Shown here: positions 38,481 to 47,847 of the stretch, piece after piece
How positions within the stretch are numbered: the stretch's first letter is position 1
How the letters are laid out: each line of letters begins with the position of its first letter
DNA from: an uncultured Acidimicrobiaceae bacterium
GTDB taxonomy: Bacteria; Actinomycetota; Acidimicrobiia; Acidimicrobiales; RAAP-2
Direction: 5' to 3'
Length of the DNA: 64,000 nucleotides
NCBI GenBank assembly: GCA_963783995.1
Contig: CAWAPU010000001.1
Coordinates: 212,348 to 276,347 of the forward strand
Position numbers and translations under genes: made by a program
Notes under the pieces: model-generated
Seen by the model: only the letters and a program-made list of their open reading frames with translations
What the model was told of the DNA's origin: nothing
Databases searched by the model: none

Positions 38481-39746
38481 CTACCTGTTCCGGGCCGTGT
38501 GCCGCGGCGTGCTGGCCCTCGTCCACAGGTGCGACGGCCGCGAGGTCATGACCCGGCCACTCGGGCCGACGAAGGTGAGCTCGGAGTTGGCGTCGCCCGA
38601 GAGCGTCCAGCCGTTCGTATGCACCAGGTGATGGTGGTGCTCACAGAGCAGGGCCAGATTGTCGAGGTCCGTCGGGCCGTGGTCACGTCGCCACCACCGC
38701 AAGTGGTGGGGGTTGACGAAGATCGCGTTGGTACAGCCCGGGAAGCGGCAATGTCGGTCCCGGCGCCAGATCTCCCGGCGCTGGGTGGCCGAAGGGACCC
38801 TTCGAGCCCGGCCCTCGTACATCGTGTGACCGACGTCGTCGTCGAGGGCAATGACCACCGAGGCGTCACAGGCCAGGCGCCGCAGGACCTCGGCGTCGAC
38901 GAGGCCACGCTTTTCGAGCTCGCCGGCCAAAGCGACGTCGTCGTCGAGGAGCGTGGCCAAGGGCACGTGCGCCACGACGACATAGGGGCTCGGGGCCGGC
39001 CCGGGCTCCGATGAGGCTGACGAATCACCCGACTTGGCCGGCCGCTTCGACCCGCCCGAGCGCACGAGGGCGACGAAGGCGTCGGCCAGGCGCTGGTCCC
39101 AGCGCGTCTCGCCGTCGGAGGGCAGGGCGCGCGCCCGCGCCTCGAGCCCGGCGCGCACCTCGGCGTAGGACTCCTCTGGGAGCTGGGCGCTCATCGTCCG
39201 CGTGGCGTCGTTGAAGCGCACCGCACGCGTCTCGTGCTGGCGAGCCGGCGGGGCGGGCGGCACCGGGTTCAGCGTCTTGGCCAGCTCGCCCAGTTGGCGC
39301 ACCGAGCACTCGGCGGCCTCGGCCACGAGGGCCGCTTCGTTCTCGGGGGTCGCGGCGTCGACCACGGCGCGTACCTGGTCGAAGCTGATCGAGCCGCCAC
39401 AGAGCCCCTCGGCGAGCTTGGGCAGGTCGAAGAGCCGGGTCCCGACGTGGGCCCACGCCCGTGCCGTGGCCGTCGAGACGTGGCAGCGCTCGGCGAGCCA
39501 GGCCTCGAGGGAGGTGGCGCCCTCTTGGCGCCACGCCTCTTGTCGGTCGAGCTCGGCGGCGACCAAGACGATGCGCCCCGCCAGGGCGTCGAGGGCCCGG
39601 GCCGTCTCGGCGGCCTCCTCCATCAAGGCGGACGTGGACAGCTTGGCGATCGAGGCGGTGGAGATGCTCGAAGGGCTCGAGGGGGTCGTCGTGGTCGGCG
39701 GCATCGAGCGGAGAATGGTCGGGGGGCGCGCAACCGCGACGCACAA
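38481..39746 (-). CDS. DUF222 / HNH endonuclease domain protein (REP13E12-type)
   Basis: 421-aa ORF. 'LEAWLAERCHVSTATARAWAHVG' is DUF222-like. C-terminal 'RDRHCRFPGCTN...HHLRWWRRDHGPTDLDNLALLCEHHHHLVH' is an HNH motif. Confidence 0.8.
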   Translation of the reverse strand: MCVAVARPPTILRSMPPTTTTPSSPSSISTASIAKLSTSALMEEAAETARALDALAGRIVLVAAELDRQEAWRQEGATSLEAWLAERCHVSTATARAWAHVGTRLFDLPKLAEGLCGGSISFDQVRAVVDAATPENEAALVAEAAECSVRQLGELAKTLNPVPPAPPARQHETRAVRFNDATRTMSAQLPEESYAEVRAGLEARARALPSDGETRWDQRLADAFVALVRSGGSKRPAKSGDSSASSEPGPAPSPYVVVAHVPLATLLDDDVALAGELEKRGLVDAEVLRRLACDASVVIALDDDVGHTMYEGRARRVPSATQRREIWRRDRHCRFPGCTNAIFVNPHHLRWWRRDHGPTDLDNLALLCEHHHHLVHTNGWTLSGDANSELTFVGPSGRVMTSRPSHLWTRASTPRHTARNR

Positions 39747-39791
39747 TCGGGAGAAGTCGTTCGGGGACTCCGGGCGGGGACCCGGAGTGGC

Positions 39792-40328
39792 TCAGCAACC
39801 TGAATCGAGGATCTTGGTGAGTGCCGTGTCGAGAGCAGCGCGATCGGTGTCGTCGAGTTGCGCCATGAGATGACGGTCGATGCCTTCGATGTCCGCGGCG
39901 ATGGCGCGTCCGAGGACGGCATGTCCCTCCGGCGTGAGGACCACGTGGATGCTCCGGCGGTCGCTCGGGCACGCCTTGCGCTCCACGAGCCCGGACTCGA
40001 CCATGCGGTCGACCAGGCGGGTGACCCCGCCGGTGGTGAGCGCCACGTCGGTGCTCAAGCGGCTCATGGTCAGCCGGCCCTCGGGGGCCGCACCGACGTG
40101 GATGAGGACGTCGAAGAAGACGAGGGGGATCCCGACCTGCTCCTCCAGTTCCCGGCCGAGGCGGTCGGTGAGGAGACGGTGGGAGCGGATGATGAGGCCC
40201 ATCAGCTGGAGGCGGGGATCGTCGATCTGGCCGAGGACCCCGCAGGTCCCGGCGCCGCCCCCCTCGACCCCGTCGAGCTCCTTGTCCTCACCGCCCTGCG
40301 TTATCGCCGTTGCCGTCGCCATGTCCAT
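39792..40328 (-). CDS. MarR-family transcriptional regulator
   Basis: 'LTMSRLSTDVALTTGGVTRLVDRMVESGLVERKACPSDRRSIHVVLTPEG' is a winged HTH. Start taken at ATG 40328. Confidence 0.85.
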   Translation of the reverse strand: MDMATATAITQGGEDKELDGVEGGGAGTCGVLGQIDDPRLQLMGLIIRSHRLLTDRLGRELEEQVGIPLVFFDVLIHVGAAPEGRLTMSRLSTDVALTTGGVTRLVDRMVESGLVERKACPSDRRSIHVVLTPEGHAVLGRAIAADIEGIDRHLMAQLDDTDRAALDTALTKILDSGC

Positions 40329-40389
40329 CAGTCTCTCCCGAAAACACCCCCGTGCGCTGGCCAAGGAATGCGCCGGAGCCCGGGAGGTT

Positions 40390-40448
40390 GTTGATTGACA
40401 AGTATCTGTTGATTCAGATACTATACTATCAGTAACAGTTCAATCAAC
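40390..40448. promoter_or_regulatory. Divergent marR-yceI control region: sigma70-like promoter with nested inverted repeats (candidate MarR operator)
   Basis: -35 TTGACA (40395-40400), 18-nt spacer, -10 TACTAT (40419-40424). 8-bp inverted repeat agtatctg (40401-08) with cagatact (40415-22). Outer 9-bp inverted repeat gttgattga (40390-98) with tcaatcaac (40440-48). SD AAGGAG (40450-55) lies before ATG 40462. Confidence 0.5.
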
Positions 40449-40461
40449 CAAGGAGTGCGAA

Positions 40462-41025
40462 ATGACCAGCACCAGCACCACCTCAACCCTTCCCCGCACA
40501 GGGACGTATGTAATCGACCCGGCCCACACCGAGGTCGGCTTCGTCGCCCGCCACCTGATCGGGACGAAGGTTCGTGGACGCTTTACCGAAGTCGAGGGCA
40601 CCTTCACGGTGGCCGACCCGATCGAGGACTCGACGGTGGACGTCACGGTTCAGGCCGTGAGTATCCACACCAACCAGACGATGCGTGACGACCACCTCCG
40701 TTCGAACGACTTCCTGGACGTCCCGAATTTCCCCACCCTGACGCTCAAGAGCACGGGTCTGAAGAGGGTGGACGACACCAACTGGGTCCTGAGCACGGAC
40801 CTGACAGTCCGGGGCGTCACCAAGCCGGTGGACTTCGACCTGGAGTTCCTGGGCGAGGGCCCGTCCATGCAGGAAGGCAAGACGGTCGTCGCCTTCTCCA
40901 TGGAGGCTGAGATCGACCGGCGTGACTTCGGCGTCAACTTCAACCACTCGCTGCTCGACGGCAGCGTCGTGGTGGGGAACAAGGTGAAGCTCGAGATCGA
41001 GGTCGAGGCCGGCCTGGCCGAGTGA
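40462..41025 (+). CDS. YceI-family (polyisoprenoid-binding-like) protein
   Basis: 187 aa: 'GTYVIDPAHTEVGFVARHLIGTKVRGRFTEVEGTF', 'LTVRGVTKPVDFDLEFLG'. Confidence 0.85.
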   Translation: MTSTSTTSTLPRTGTYVIDPAHTEVGFVARHLIGTKVRGRFTEVEGTFTVADPIEDSTVDVTVQAVSIHTNQTMRDDHLRSNDFLDVPNFPTLTLKSTGLKRVDDTNWVLSTDLTVRGVTKPVDFDLEFLGEGPSMQEGKTVVAFSMEAEIDRRDFGVNFNHSLLDGSVVVGNKVKLEIEVEAGLAE

Positions 41026-41095
41026 CCTGACTCGGTCGCAAAGCAACACAGCACACAAGGTCGCTGTCGCTGGTCGACAGTCGCAGCGGCCCGGT

Positions 41096-41125
41096 GGTGT
41101 CCCGGTCCGGTAGGGCCGGGACACC
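41096..41125 (+). terminator. 13-bp GC-rich hairpin downstream of yceI (candidate terminator, no U-tract)
   Basis: ggtgtcccggtcc (41096-41108), loop ggta, gggccgggacacc (41113-41125), with one G-T wobble. It lies 70 nt after the stop at 41025. Confidence 0.4.
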
Positions 41126-41145
41126 GCTGGGTACGCTTGCCCGCC

Positions 41146-42871
41146 ATGTCCACGACATCGGGGGGTCTGCGCTCCGCAACAGCGACCGAGCTACGAGTTG
41201 TCGAGCCGGGACCGGGCGGCGGCGAGGAGTCGTACGTCCTGGCGGTGGATCTCGGGACCGGCGGCCCGAAGGTGGCCGTCGTGTCGATGACGGGTCGTAT
41301 CGTCGCCCACGCGTTCGAGGCCGTGGGCATCGCGCTCGAGCGAGGACGGGGGAGCGGAACAGTCCCCGGACGCGTGGTGGTCGGCGGTCGCGTCGTGTGC
41401 CAGGCGTGCCCTCGACGAGAGCGGGGTGGCTGCGGAACGAGTCGTCGGCGTCGGCTGCACCGCCCAGTGGTCGGGCACCGTCCCCGTCGACGAGGCGGGC
41501 GAGGCGATCGGGCCGGCCATCTCGTGGTTGGACTCCCGCGGCGCGCAAGAGGTGCGCCGCACCGTCCGCGGGTCGGTGAACGTCCAGGGCTATTCGCCGT
41601 CGAAGGCGGCACGGTGGGTACGAAAGACCGGCGGGATCCCCAGCCTCTCGGGCAAGGACCCGGTCGGGCACATCCATTTCCTGCGCGCCCAACGGCCCGA
41701 CGTGTACCGGGCCGCGGCCGTCTTCTTGGAGCCCGTCGACTACCTCGGACTGCGTCTGACGGGACTCGCCCGAGCCTCGCACGACTCCATCACGCTGCAC
41801 TGGGTGACCGACAACCGCGCCATCGGGGCCATCGCCTACGACGAGTCGCTGGTCGACCTGGCCGGGCTGGAGCGCTCGAAGCTCCCCGACCTCGTCCCGA
41901 CGGGCTCCGTGCTCGGTGGGCTGGCGCCGGGCGCGGCGGCCGAGCTGGGCCTCCTGCCCGGGACGCCCGTTGTCGCCGGCTCCGGTGACCTGCACACCGC
42001 GGCGGTCGGCTCGGGCGCGGTGGCCGACTTCGATGCGCACGTCTACATCGGGACATCGAGCTGGGTGAGTTGCCACGTCCCGTTCAAGAAGACCGACGCC
42101 TTGACCAACGTCGCCTCGATCCCTTCGGGGATCCCCGGCCGCTATCTCGTGGCGGACGAGCACGAGACGGGTGGGGCGTGCCTCACCTGGCTCCGAGACA
42201 ACGTGTTGTACCCAGGCGATGCGTTGCCGCTCGCCGGCGGAGGGGATGCCGTGGCCGTGGCCGGCGCCCCCGCGGGCTTTTTCGCCGCCCTGAACGACGT
42301 GGCCTCCTCTGTACCCGTCGGCTCCCACGGCGTCATGTTCACCCCGTGGCTCAACGGCGAACGCTCGCCCGTCGACGACCACACGATCCGGGGCGGCTTC
42401 CACAACCTGTCCCTCTCGTCGACACGGTCCGACATGGTGCGAGCAGTCTTCGAGGGTGTCGCCCTGAACTCGGCGTGGCTGCTCGGCGCAGTCGAGAAAT
42501 TCTGCAAACGCCGCTTCGACTCCCTGGCCTTCGTCGGCGGGGGAGCGAACTCGGACCTGTGGTCCCAGATCCACGCCGACGCGATGGGCCGCCAGATCCG
42601 CCAGGTCGCCGACCCCGTCTTGGCCAACGTGCGCGGCGCCGCCCTCCTGACGCTCGTGGCGCTCGGTCATCTCACGCTCGAGGAGGTCCCCGCCACCGTC
42701 GAGATCAAGGCGGTCTACGAGCCCGACCCGGACGCCGCGCAGGTCTACGAGAGCCTGCTCAAGGAGTTCGTCAGCTTCTACAAGGAGACGAAGGGGATCT
42801 ACAAGCGGCTGAACGGCCGCCGGCTGCACAGCGGCGGCTCCGGCTCCAGCTCCGTCGGCGCCACGGCCTGA
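41146..42871 (+). CDS. FGGY-family carbohydrate kinase, one frame change near 41341
   Basis: 'YVLAVDLGTGGPKVAVVSMTGRIV' (ORF 41137) continues as 'DGGAEQSPDAWWSAVASCARRALDESGVAAERVVGVGCTAQWSGTV...' in the frame of ORF 41426..42871. 'FVGGGANSDLWSQIHADAMG'. Confidence 0.8.
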
Positions 42872-43743
42872 CGAAGCCGGCTACCCGCGACGGCGCCAAC
42901 CACCGCCCGCCCGCCGCCCCCGCCCGTCCCCTTCGTGACGATCAGCGCCACCGACGTCGTCACGTACTCGCCGAGTTGCGTCCGCAGGTGGACGTCGCTG
43001 TACGGGGGGACGTCGACGTGGAGGTCCTCGGGCGCCGAGCCGAGCGTGTAGTCCATGTCGATGGCATGGCCGGCCTGTTGCAGCCGTCCCACGAGCCCCT
43101 CGATGTCAGAACGCCGGTAGAACACCGTCCCGCCCGCCTCGACCGTCGGCGCCGCCGGGCGGCCGCCGTCCACCAGGAACTCGGTCGTGTGCACCGCCAC
43201 CCCCCCGGGGCGCAGGCAATCCATCTGCGCGACGACGAAGTCCGCCCCCGCCGCCAGCGTCCCGAGATGCTCGAGCGCGCACGACGACCACGTGAAGTCG
43301 AACCCGCGCAGGTCGTCGGGTAGGTGGTTCATGTCGACGCCCCGAAAGGTCACCCGCTCCGCCAGCTCCGCCTCGGAGATCAGCCCGTGCGTCGGCAGGC
43401 TCTCGAGCCCCCCGGCCCACTCGACCGACGAGTCGGTCCAGCCCGACGACACCGCCAGGTCGTGCGGCTGGTCCGTCGCCACGACGTCACAGCCCTCCGC
43501 CGCGAAGCACGCCACGAGGGGCTCCTGTCCCACCCCGAAACCCAGGCCACGGCGTCCCGGGGCCAGCAGGCCACGCTCGTGCAGGGCTTCGGCGATGAAG
43601 AGCCACTCCCACATCTTGCGGTGGAGCATGACGTCACGGCCGTCCGCGCCGCCCGCGTCCCAGACCGAACGCAGACGTTGCGCCCAGGACCGCAGGGGGG
43701 GCGAGCGCAGGGACTCCGCCGAGCACACCTGAGAGCGCAGCAT
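42799..43743 (-). CDS. SAM-dependent methyltransferase-like protein (start and C-terminal tail uncertain)
   Basis: 'HRKMWEWLFIAEALHERGLLAPGRRGLGFGVGQEPLVACFAAEGCDVVATD', 'LRPGGVAVHTTEF'. Its 3' tail overlaps the convergent kinase gene by 73 nt. Confidence 0.55.
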   Translation of the reverse strand: MLRSQVCSAESLRSPPLRSWAQRLRSVWDAGGADGRDVMLHRKMWEWLFIAEALHERGLLAPGRRGLGFGVGQEPLVACFAAEGCDVVATDQPHDLAVSSGWTDSSVEWAGGLESLPTHGLISEAELAERVTFRGVDMNHLPDDLRGFDFTWSSCALEHLGTLAAGADFVVAQMDCLRPGGVAVHTTEFLVDGGRPAAPTVEAGGTVFYRRSDIEGLVGRLQQAGHAIDMDYTLGSAPEDLHVDVPPYSDVHLRTQLGEYVTTSVALIVTKGTGGGGGRAVVGAVAGSRLRQAVAPTELEPEPPLCSRRPFSRL

Positions 43744-43805
43744 GACCGGTCGACCTTACCGGCGCCCCGCCGACCGGCCGAACCCCATCCCCGGACCCGT
43801 CGCCG

Positions 43806-45164
43806 TCAGATGCGTTCGAAGTTCCGGGCCAGCTCCCAGTCCGAGACGTGCCGGTTCGACGCCTCCCACTCCTGGACGGCCGTGTTCAGCAGGTGGTGGT
43901 GCACCTCGCCGCCGAACGCCTCCGCAGCCACGTCAGACGCAGCCAACGTCGAGATCGCCTCGACCAGCGTCGACGGGATCCGGGGCACGTCGGTCGCCTC
44001 GTACGCGTTGACGGGGTACGGCTCGCCCAGCTCGAGCTCGTGATCGATCCCGTACAGCCCCGCTGCCACGGCCGCGGCCAAGGCCAAGTAAGGGTTGACG
44101 TCCGCCCCCGGAATCCGTGACTCCACCCGACGACCGGCGCCGTGCCCCACCACCCGGAACCCACACGTCCGGTTATCTTCCCCCCACACGACCGCCGTCG
44201 GCGCCCAACTCCCCGGGACGTAGCGCCGGTACGAGTTGAGCGTCGGCGCCGCGCACCACGCCAGCTCACGCGCCGCCGCCAGCTGCCCCGCCAAGAAGCG
44301 CCGCCCCACCACAGAGAGCCCGGTCGGGTGCGACGCGTCGGCCATCAACGCCTCGCCGCTCTCGACGTCCCACAACGACGTGTGCACGTGACACGACGAC
44401 CCCGTGTCGTCCATCGTCCACTTGGCCATGAACGTCGCGGCGCGCCCCTCCTGCGCCGCGATCTCCTTGATGCCGTTCTTGAACACCAGATGCCGGTCCG
44501 CCGCCGTCAACGCCTCGTCGTAGGTCACGTTCACCTCGTGCTGCCCCCGCCCCGCCTCGCCCTTCGAGAACTCGACCGGGATGTCGGCGCCGACCATCTC
44601 GTTGCGGATCCGCCGCAAGATGTACTCCTCCCGCGCCGTCTGCAGCAGCTGGTAGTCCTCGATCGTCGACGTGTGCGGCGTCAACCCCCGCCACGCCTTC
44701 GCCGCCGCCTCCTCGTACGAGTCCCGAAAGAGGTAGAACTCGAGCTCCGTCGCCGCCAGCACCCGCAACCCGCGCTCCGCCGCCCGCTCCAGCTGCCTCC
44801 GCAGGATCTGCCTCGGGGCCACCTCGACCGGCGCGCCGGACCCGTCACTGAGGTCGGCGATCACCATCGCCGTCCCCTCCAGCCACGGGATGCGCCGCGC
44901 CGTGGCGTAGTCGGGAAGACACACGACGTCGCCGTAGCCCCGGTCCCAGTTGGCGAAGCGGTAGCCGGGGAGCGGGTTCATGTCGACGTCGACCGCCAGC
45001 AGGTAGTCGCACGCCTCGATCCCGTGCTCGGCCGAGTGCGAACGGAAGAAGTCTGCGGTTACCCGCTTTCCGACCGGGCGGCCGTGCATATCGGGGAACC
45101 CGATGATGACCGTGTCGATCGATCCCTCTGCGATCCCCTCATCGATGACTTCGCGACCTGGCAT
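43806..45164 (-). CDS. Glutamine synthetase family protein (gamma-glutamyl-amine synthetase-like, PuuA/GlnA3-type)
   Basis: 452 aa from ATG 45164: 'ELEFYLF', 'EFSKGEAGRGQHEVNV', 'GSSCHVHTSLW', 'NSYRRYVPGSWAP', 'RVESRIPGADVNPYLA'. Confidence 0.85.
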   Translation of the reverse strand: MPGREVIDEGIAEGSIDTVIIGFPDMHGRPVGKRVTADFFRSHSAEHGIEACDYLLAVDVDMNPLPGYRFANWDRGYGDVVCLPDYATARRIPWLEGTAMVIADLSDGSGAPVEVAPRQILRRQLERAAERGLRVLAATELEFYLFRDSYEEAAAKAWRGLTPHTSTIEDYQLLQTAREEYILRRIRNEMVGADIPVEFSKGEAGRGQHEVNVTYDEALTAADRHLVFKNGIKEIAAQEGRAATFMAKWTMDDTGSSCHVHTSLWDVESGEALMADASHPTGLSVVGRRFLAGQLAAARELAWCAAPTLNSYRRYVPGSWAPTAVVWGEDNRTCGFRVVGHGAGRRVESRIPGADVNPYLALAAAVAAGLYGIDHELELGEPYPVNAYEATDVPRIPSTLVEAISTLAASDVAAEAFGGEVHHHLLNTAVQEWEASNRHVSDWELARNFERI

Positions 45165-45254
45165 GCGCCATGTTGGCTGCGCCACCGCCGGTCGTCCAGC
45201 GCAGACCCGTGGGTACGCTGGGCCGATGCGCATCAGCGGGCGCCGAGCCCCGTC

Positions 45255-46001
45255 GTGATCCCGCTCATCGGCCTCACCACGTACGTGGCCGACGTCCGGT
45301 GGTCGTCGTGGGAGCGCCGTTCGGGCGTGCTGCCGCAGTCCTATTTCGAGTTGACCGCCGCCGCCGGCGGCCGCCCACTCCTCCTTCCGCCGCCGAGCAC
45401 CGCGCCGGACGGCCCTGAGACCGGCGCCGACGAGGTGGTCGCCGTCCTCGACGGCCTCGTCCTGACCGGCGGCGGCGACGTCGACCCCGAGGCCTACGGC
45501 GAGGAGCCCGTGCCCGAGGTGAGCGGCGTCAACGACGTCCGCGACGCGAGCGAGCGCGCCCTCCTGGCGGCCGCACTGCGGGCCGACCTGCCTGTCCTCG
45601 CCATCTGCCGGGGCTGCCAGATCCTCAACGTCGAGCTCGGCGGCACCCTGCACCAGCACCTGCCCGACGTCGTAGGTCACATGGCGCACCGCACGGCGCC
45701 CCTGGTTTTCGGCGACGTGGAGGTCGAGACCGTCGCCGGGTCGAAGGCGGCCGACGTCTTCGGGCCGCGGCCGGTGGTCCTTTGCTCGCACCACCAGGCC
45801 GTCGCCGGCCTCGGGCGGGGATTGGTCCAGACCGCCGCGACCGACGACGGTGTGATCGAGGCGGTCGAGCTCCCCGACGCCCGATTCGTCCTCGGCGTGC
45901 AGTGGCACCCCGAGGAGCAAGGCGACCGCCGACCGTTCGACGCGCTCGTGCGGGCGGCGAAGGAGTACGCCGCAGGACGCTCGGTGCGACGCAGCGCATG
46001 A
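45255..46001 (+). CDS. Class I glutamine amidotransferase / gamma-glutamyl-GABA hydrolase-like (peptidase C26, PuuD-type)
   Basis: 'LVLTGGGDVDPEAYG', 'LAICRGCQILNVELGGTLHQHL', 'CSHHQAV', 'GVQWHPE'. Start set at GTG 45255 (no in-frame ATG nearby). Confidence 0.8.
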   Translation: MIPLIGLTTYVADVRWSSWERRSGVLPQSYFELTAAAGGRPLLLPPPSTAPDGPETGADEVVAVLDGLVLTGGGDVDPEAYGEEPVPEVSGVNDVRDASERALLAAALRADLPVLAICRGCQILNVELGGTLHQHLPDVVGHMAHRTAPLVFGDVEVETVAGSKAADVFGPRPVVLCSHHQAVAGLGRGLVQTAATDDGVIEAVELPDARFVLGVQWHPEEQGDRRPFDALVRAAKEYAAGRSVRRSA

Positions 46002-46846
46002 ACCCGAACGTCACCGGTCGGGTGGCGGTGGTGACCGGGGCGAGCCGGGGGCTCGGCGCCGGTCTGGCGGTGCACTTCGCGGCGTCGGGCATGCATCTCG
46101 GCCTGTGCGCCCGGCACCGGCCGCGGCTGGTCGTCCGCACGAGGCCGACGGCGCAAGGCGGCCACATCGTCTCCAGCGAGACCCCGGTGCTCTCGGCGGT
46201 CGACGTCACCGACCGCGACGCGCTGGCGCGTTTCGCCGACGCCGTCGTCGAGCGGTTCGGGCACATCGACCTGTGGGTCAACAACGCCGGGTTGCTCGGG
46301 CCGATCGCCCCGCTCGCGCTGGCCGACGGCGCGGCGGTGGCGCAGACGATCGAGGTGAACGTGACGGGCGTGGCGAACGGGTCGTCGGTCTTCGCGGCGC
46401 ACGTGCGCGAGCGACCGGGGCGCGGCGTGCTCGTCAACATCTCGTCGGGGGCGTCGACGAAGCCGTACGAGGGTTGGGCGGCGTACTGCGCGTCGAAGGC
46501 GGCGGTCGACCAGCTGACCCGCGTCGTCGCTTTGGAGGAGGCGCGTCACGAGCTGGCGGCGTACGCGGTGTCGCCGGGCCTGGTCGACACCGAGATGCAG
46601 GGCGCGATCCGCGACGCCGATGCGGCCTGGTTCCCCGAGCGGGAGCGCTTCCGGCGGGCGGCCGAGGAACACCGGTTCAACTCGCCGGGGTGGGTCGCCG
46701 AGCACATCTTGGCGCTGGCGTTCGGGACCGAGCGGCCCGACTCGGTCACGTTGCGCATCCCTGACCAGGCGTCGGCGACGGCGACGGCGTCGGCGTCGTC
46801 GAGCCCCCTGACGCCGCCCGCGTCAGGCTCGGGGCGGGCCGGTTAG
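45998..46846 (+). CDS. Short-chain dehydrogenase/reductase (SDR)
   Basis: ATGA overlap. 'VAVVTGASRGLGAGLA', 'NNAG', 'YCASKAAVDQL'. Confidence 0.85.
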   Translation: MNPNVTGRVAVVTGASRGLGAGLAVHFAASGMHLGLCARHRPRLVVRTRPTAQGGHIVSSETPVLSAVDVTDRDALARFADAVVERFGHIDLWVNNAGLLGPIAPLALADGAAVAQTIEVNVTGVANGSSVFAAHVRERPGRGVLVNISSGASTKPYEGWAAYCASKAAVDQLTRVVALEEARHELAAYAVSPGLVDTEMQGAIRDADAAWFPERERFRRAAEEHRFNSPGWVAEHILALAFGTERPDSVTLRIPDQASATATASASSSPLTPPASGSGRAG

Positions 46847-46855
46847 GGTCTGCGC

Positions 46856-47002
46856 ATGCCCAAGAGCGGTGGCCGCAAGGTCGTGAAGCCGGTGGCGGCA
46901 GCCGCCGTCACGCTGGGAACCATGGCCAGCATCTGGTGGTTCGCCCTCAAGCCCCGGCGCCAGGCCAAGCGGGCCGCCGGGGCCGGCAACGACAAGAAGT
47001 AG
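46856..47002 (+). CDS. Possible 48-aa single-TM small protein (below the ORF-track cutoff)
   Basis: ATG 46856 to TAG 47000-47002: MPKSGGRKVVKPVAAAAVTLGTMASIWWFALKPRRQAKRAAGAGNDKK. It fills the gap between the SDR and Sir2 genes. No homology evidence. Confidence 0.3.
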   Translation: MPKSGGRKVVKPVAAAAVTLGTMASIWWFALKPRRQAKRAAGAGNDKK

Positions 47003-47017
47003 CCGGGGCTCGATGGG

Positions 47018-47815
47018 TCATCCGGTGAGCGCCGGCAACCCTTCGACCATCGCCGGCAGGCACTCGCCTATCCGCCCGTAGACGACGACGTCGGCCAGGC
47101 TGTCCATCTCGGTCGGGCCCCCGTTCACGATGACGACGACCGCGCCGTGCCGCACGGCCGTCGGCACCAGCCCGGCGGCCGGGAACACGCCCAGCGTCGA
47201 GCCGACGGCAAGGAGCAGGTCGCAGTCAGCCGCCGCCTCCTCGGAACGGATGAGGTCCTCGGGCACCAGGCTCTGGCCGAAGCTGATGGTGGCGGGCTTC
47301 AGCATCCCGCCGCAGACGACCCCGTCAGCATCCTCCGCAAGACACGTCGGGTCGTTCTCGCCGGCGCGCACCCGCTCGTGCACGGGCTCGCTCGCCTGGC
47401 GATCGCCGCACTGCAGGCACATGACGTCACGGGTAGTGCCGTGGATCTCGACGATCAGCGCCGGGTCGGTGCCCGCCTTCTGGTGCAGTCCGTCGATGTT
47501 CTGCGTCACCAAGGTGTCGAGGCGCCCGCTGCGCTCGAGGTCGACGAGCGCCCGGTGCCCGTCGTTCGGCTCGGCGTCCCACAGCGGCGAGGTGAGGCGG
47601 TTCTGCCACGACCGACGTCGCAGCTCGGGATCGCTCACGTAGACCGAGAGCGTCGCCATCTTCTCCGCCTCGGGATTCTTGGTCCAGACCCCGTTGGGTC
47701 CCCGGAAATCGGCGATGCCCGAGTCGGTCGAGATCCCGGCCCCGGTCAGCACGACGATGCGCTTCGCCTGTTCGATCAGCGCCCGGGCCCGAACCACGTC
47801 GTCCACGGGCGCCAT
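47018..47815 (-). CDS. NAD-dependent protein deacylase (Sir2 family)
   Basis: 265 aa from ATG 47815: 'VVLTGAGISTDSGIADFRGPNGVW', 'TQNIDGLH', 'HGT...CLQCG', 'VGSTLGVFPAAGL'. Confidence 0.85.
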   Translation of the reverse strand: MAPVDDVVRARALIEQAKRIVVLTGAGISTDSGIADFRGPNGVWTKNPEAEKMATLSVYVSDPELRRRSWQNRLTSPLWDAEPNDGHRALVDLERSGRLDTLVTQNIDGLHQKAGTDPALIVEIHGTTRDVMCLQCGDRQASEPVHERVRAGENDPTCLAEDADGVVCGGMLKPATISFGQSLVPEDLIRSEEAAADCDLLLAVGSTLGVFPAAGLVPTAVRHGAVVVIVNGGPTEMDSLADVVVYGRIGECLPAMVEGLPALTG

Positions 47816-47847
47816 GGTGGCACGGGGCACCGACGTACGCTGCGCCG

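Noticed and set aside
42799-42871. 73-nt convergent overlap of the FGGY kinase and methyltransferase 3' ends, considered as a possible antisense regulatory arrangement.
   Set aside because: Both proteins appear complete before the overlap ('...YKRLNG' and '...LIVTKG'). The overlapping tails are Gly/Ser/Arg-rich and adjoin a G-rich run prone to indels. This is probably a stop-codon or frame artefact.
46807-46827. 8-bp perfect hairpin (cctgacgc-N5-gcgtcagg) considered as a terminator.
   Set aside because: It lies inside the 3' end of the SDR coding region, before the stop at 46844-46. It has no U-tract. It may be incidental.
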